DNA of 24,000 nt. Origin: Clostridiaceae bacterium. Lineage in GTDB: Bacteria; Bacillota; Clostridia; Lachnospirales; Lachnospiraceae. Positions 23,686 through 24,000 of this stretch are shown here, one piece after another. Location: contig JAGZXV010000001.1 of assembly GCA_018378255.1 (NCBI GenBank), positions 58,015 to 82,014 of the forward strand. Reading direction: 5' to 3'. How positions within the stretch are numbered: the first letter of the stretch is position 1; each line of letters opens with the position of its first letter. A model generated the notes under the pieces. That model saw only the letters and a program-made list of their open reading frames with translations. It did not search any database and was not told the DNA's origin. Both the position numbers and the translations under genes were made by a program.

Positions 23686-24000
23686 ATGGCAAACGTATCT
23701 GTTTACAATATTGAAGGTAATGAAGTTGGAACGTTAGAACTGAATGATGCTGTATTTGGTGTTGAAGTGAATGAACATCTCGTACACATGGCAGTTGTAG
23801 CCCAGCTTGCAAACAAACGTCAGGGAACACAGAAAGCTAAAACCCGTTCTGAAGTTTCCGGTGGTGGAAGAAAACCATGGAAGCAGAAAGGAACCGGCCA
23901 CGCAAGACAGGGTTCAACAAGATCCCCACAGTGGACAGGCGGCGGAGTTGTATTCGCTCCAACACCTAGAGATTACACAATTAAGTTAAACAAAAAAGAA
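23686..24000 (+). CDS. rplD: 50S ribosomal protein L4, 5' partial (runs off the window)
   Basis: Not in the ORF track because there is no stop in the window. Hand translation from ATG 23686 gives [25 protein letters not shown]...[54 protein letters not shown] lies upstream. Confidence 0.95.
   Translation, partial: MANVSVYNIEGNEVGTLELNDAVFGVEVNEHLVHMAVVAQLANKRQGTQKAKTRSEVSGGGRKPWKQKGTGHARQGSTRSPQWTGGGVVFAPTPRDYTIKLNKKE

Noticed and set aside
1-24000. CRISPR arrays, tRNA/rRNA genes, transposases, integrases, and defence-system gene sets (restriction-modification, Abi, CBASS, retron, etc.).
   Set aside because: None were seen. There are no spaced direct-repeat arrays, no cloverleaf-compatible sequences in intergenic regions, and no ORF with the corresponding signature motifs. 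The only toxin-like gene is mazF.

Overview
Chromosomal segment from a Firmicutes/Clostridia genome. Gene content looks Lachnospiraceae-like, which is an inference. I support 21 protein-coding genes and found no rRNA, tRNA, CRISPR array, transposase or integrase.

Left to right, the genes are:
- a ferredoxin-domain [FeFe]-hydrogenase;
- a small hypothetical gene;
- a DeoR-regulated sugar-acid cluster: Fe-alcohol dehydrogenase, then class II aldolase (IolJ-like), GntP-family permease and IolC-like PfkB kinase;
- a MazF/EndoA toxin with no visible antitoxin;
- an HtrA-type protease convergent with an M23 peptidase;
- a small hypothetical gene;
- a second Fe-ADH (butanol-dehydrogenase/YqhD type);
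- an MBL-fold hydrolase;
- class 3 fructose-1,6-bisphosphatase;
- a DUF1700 membrane protein;
- an SH3+NlpC/P60 hydrolase;
- an acyltransferase-3 membrane protein;
- a SAM-dependent methyltransferase;
- a cell-wall-binding-repeat protein;
- the start of the S10 ribosomal operon (rpsJ-rplC-rplD, with rplD cut by the window end).

Most of this is ordinary housekeeping or accessory metabolism. The part existing feature classes do not explain is the 822-bp gene-free island at 12854-13675. It holds two very long GC-rich imperfect palindromes of 186 nt and 320 nt. They share a conserved asymmetric core but have different, self-complementary outer stems. A ~64-nt hairpin repeat sits between them and also occurs at 7801-7920.

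Other points worth checking:
- the antitoxin-less mazF;
- the partial inositol-type (iolC/iolJ) module coupled to a GntP permease and an Fe-ADH, with a shared promoter-proximal motif;
- variant H-cluster motifs in the hydrogenase;
- long untranslated regions around rpsJ.

All protein family calls come from reading the translations and remembered family motifs. No database search was run.
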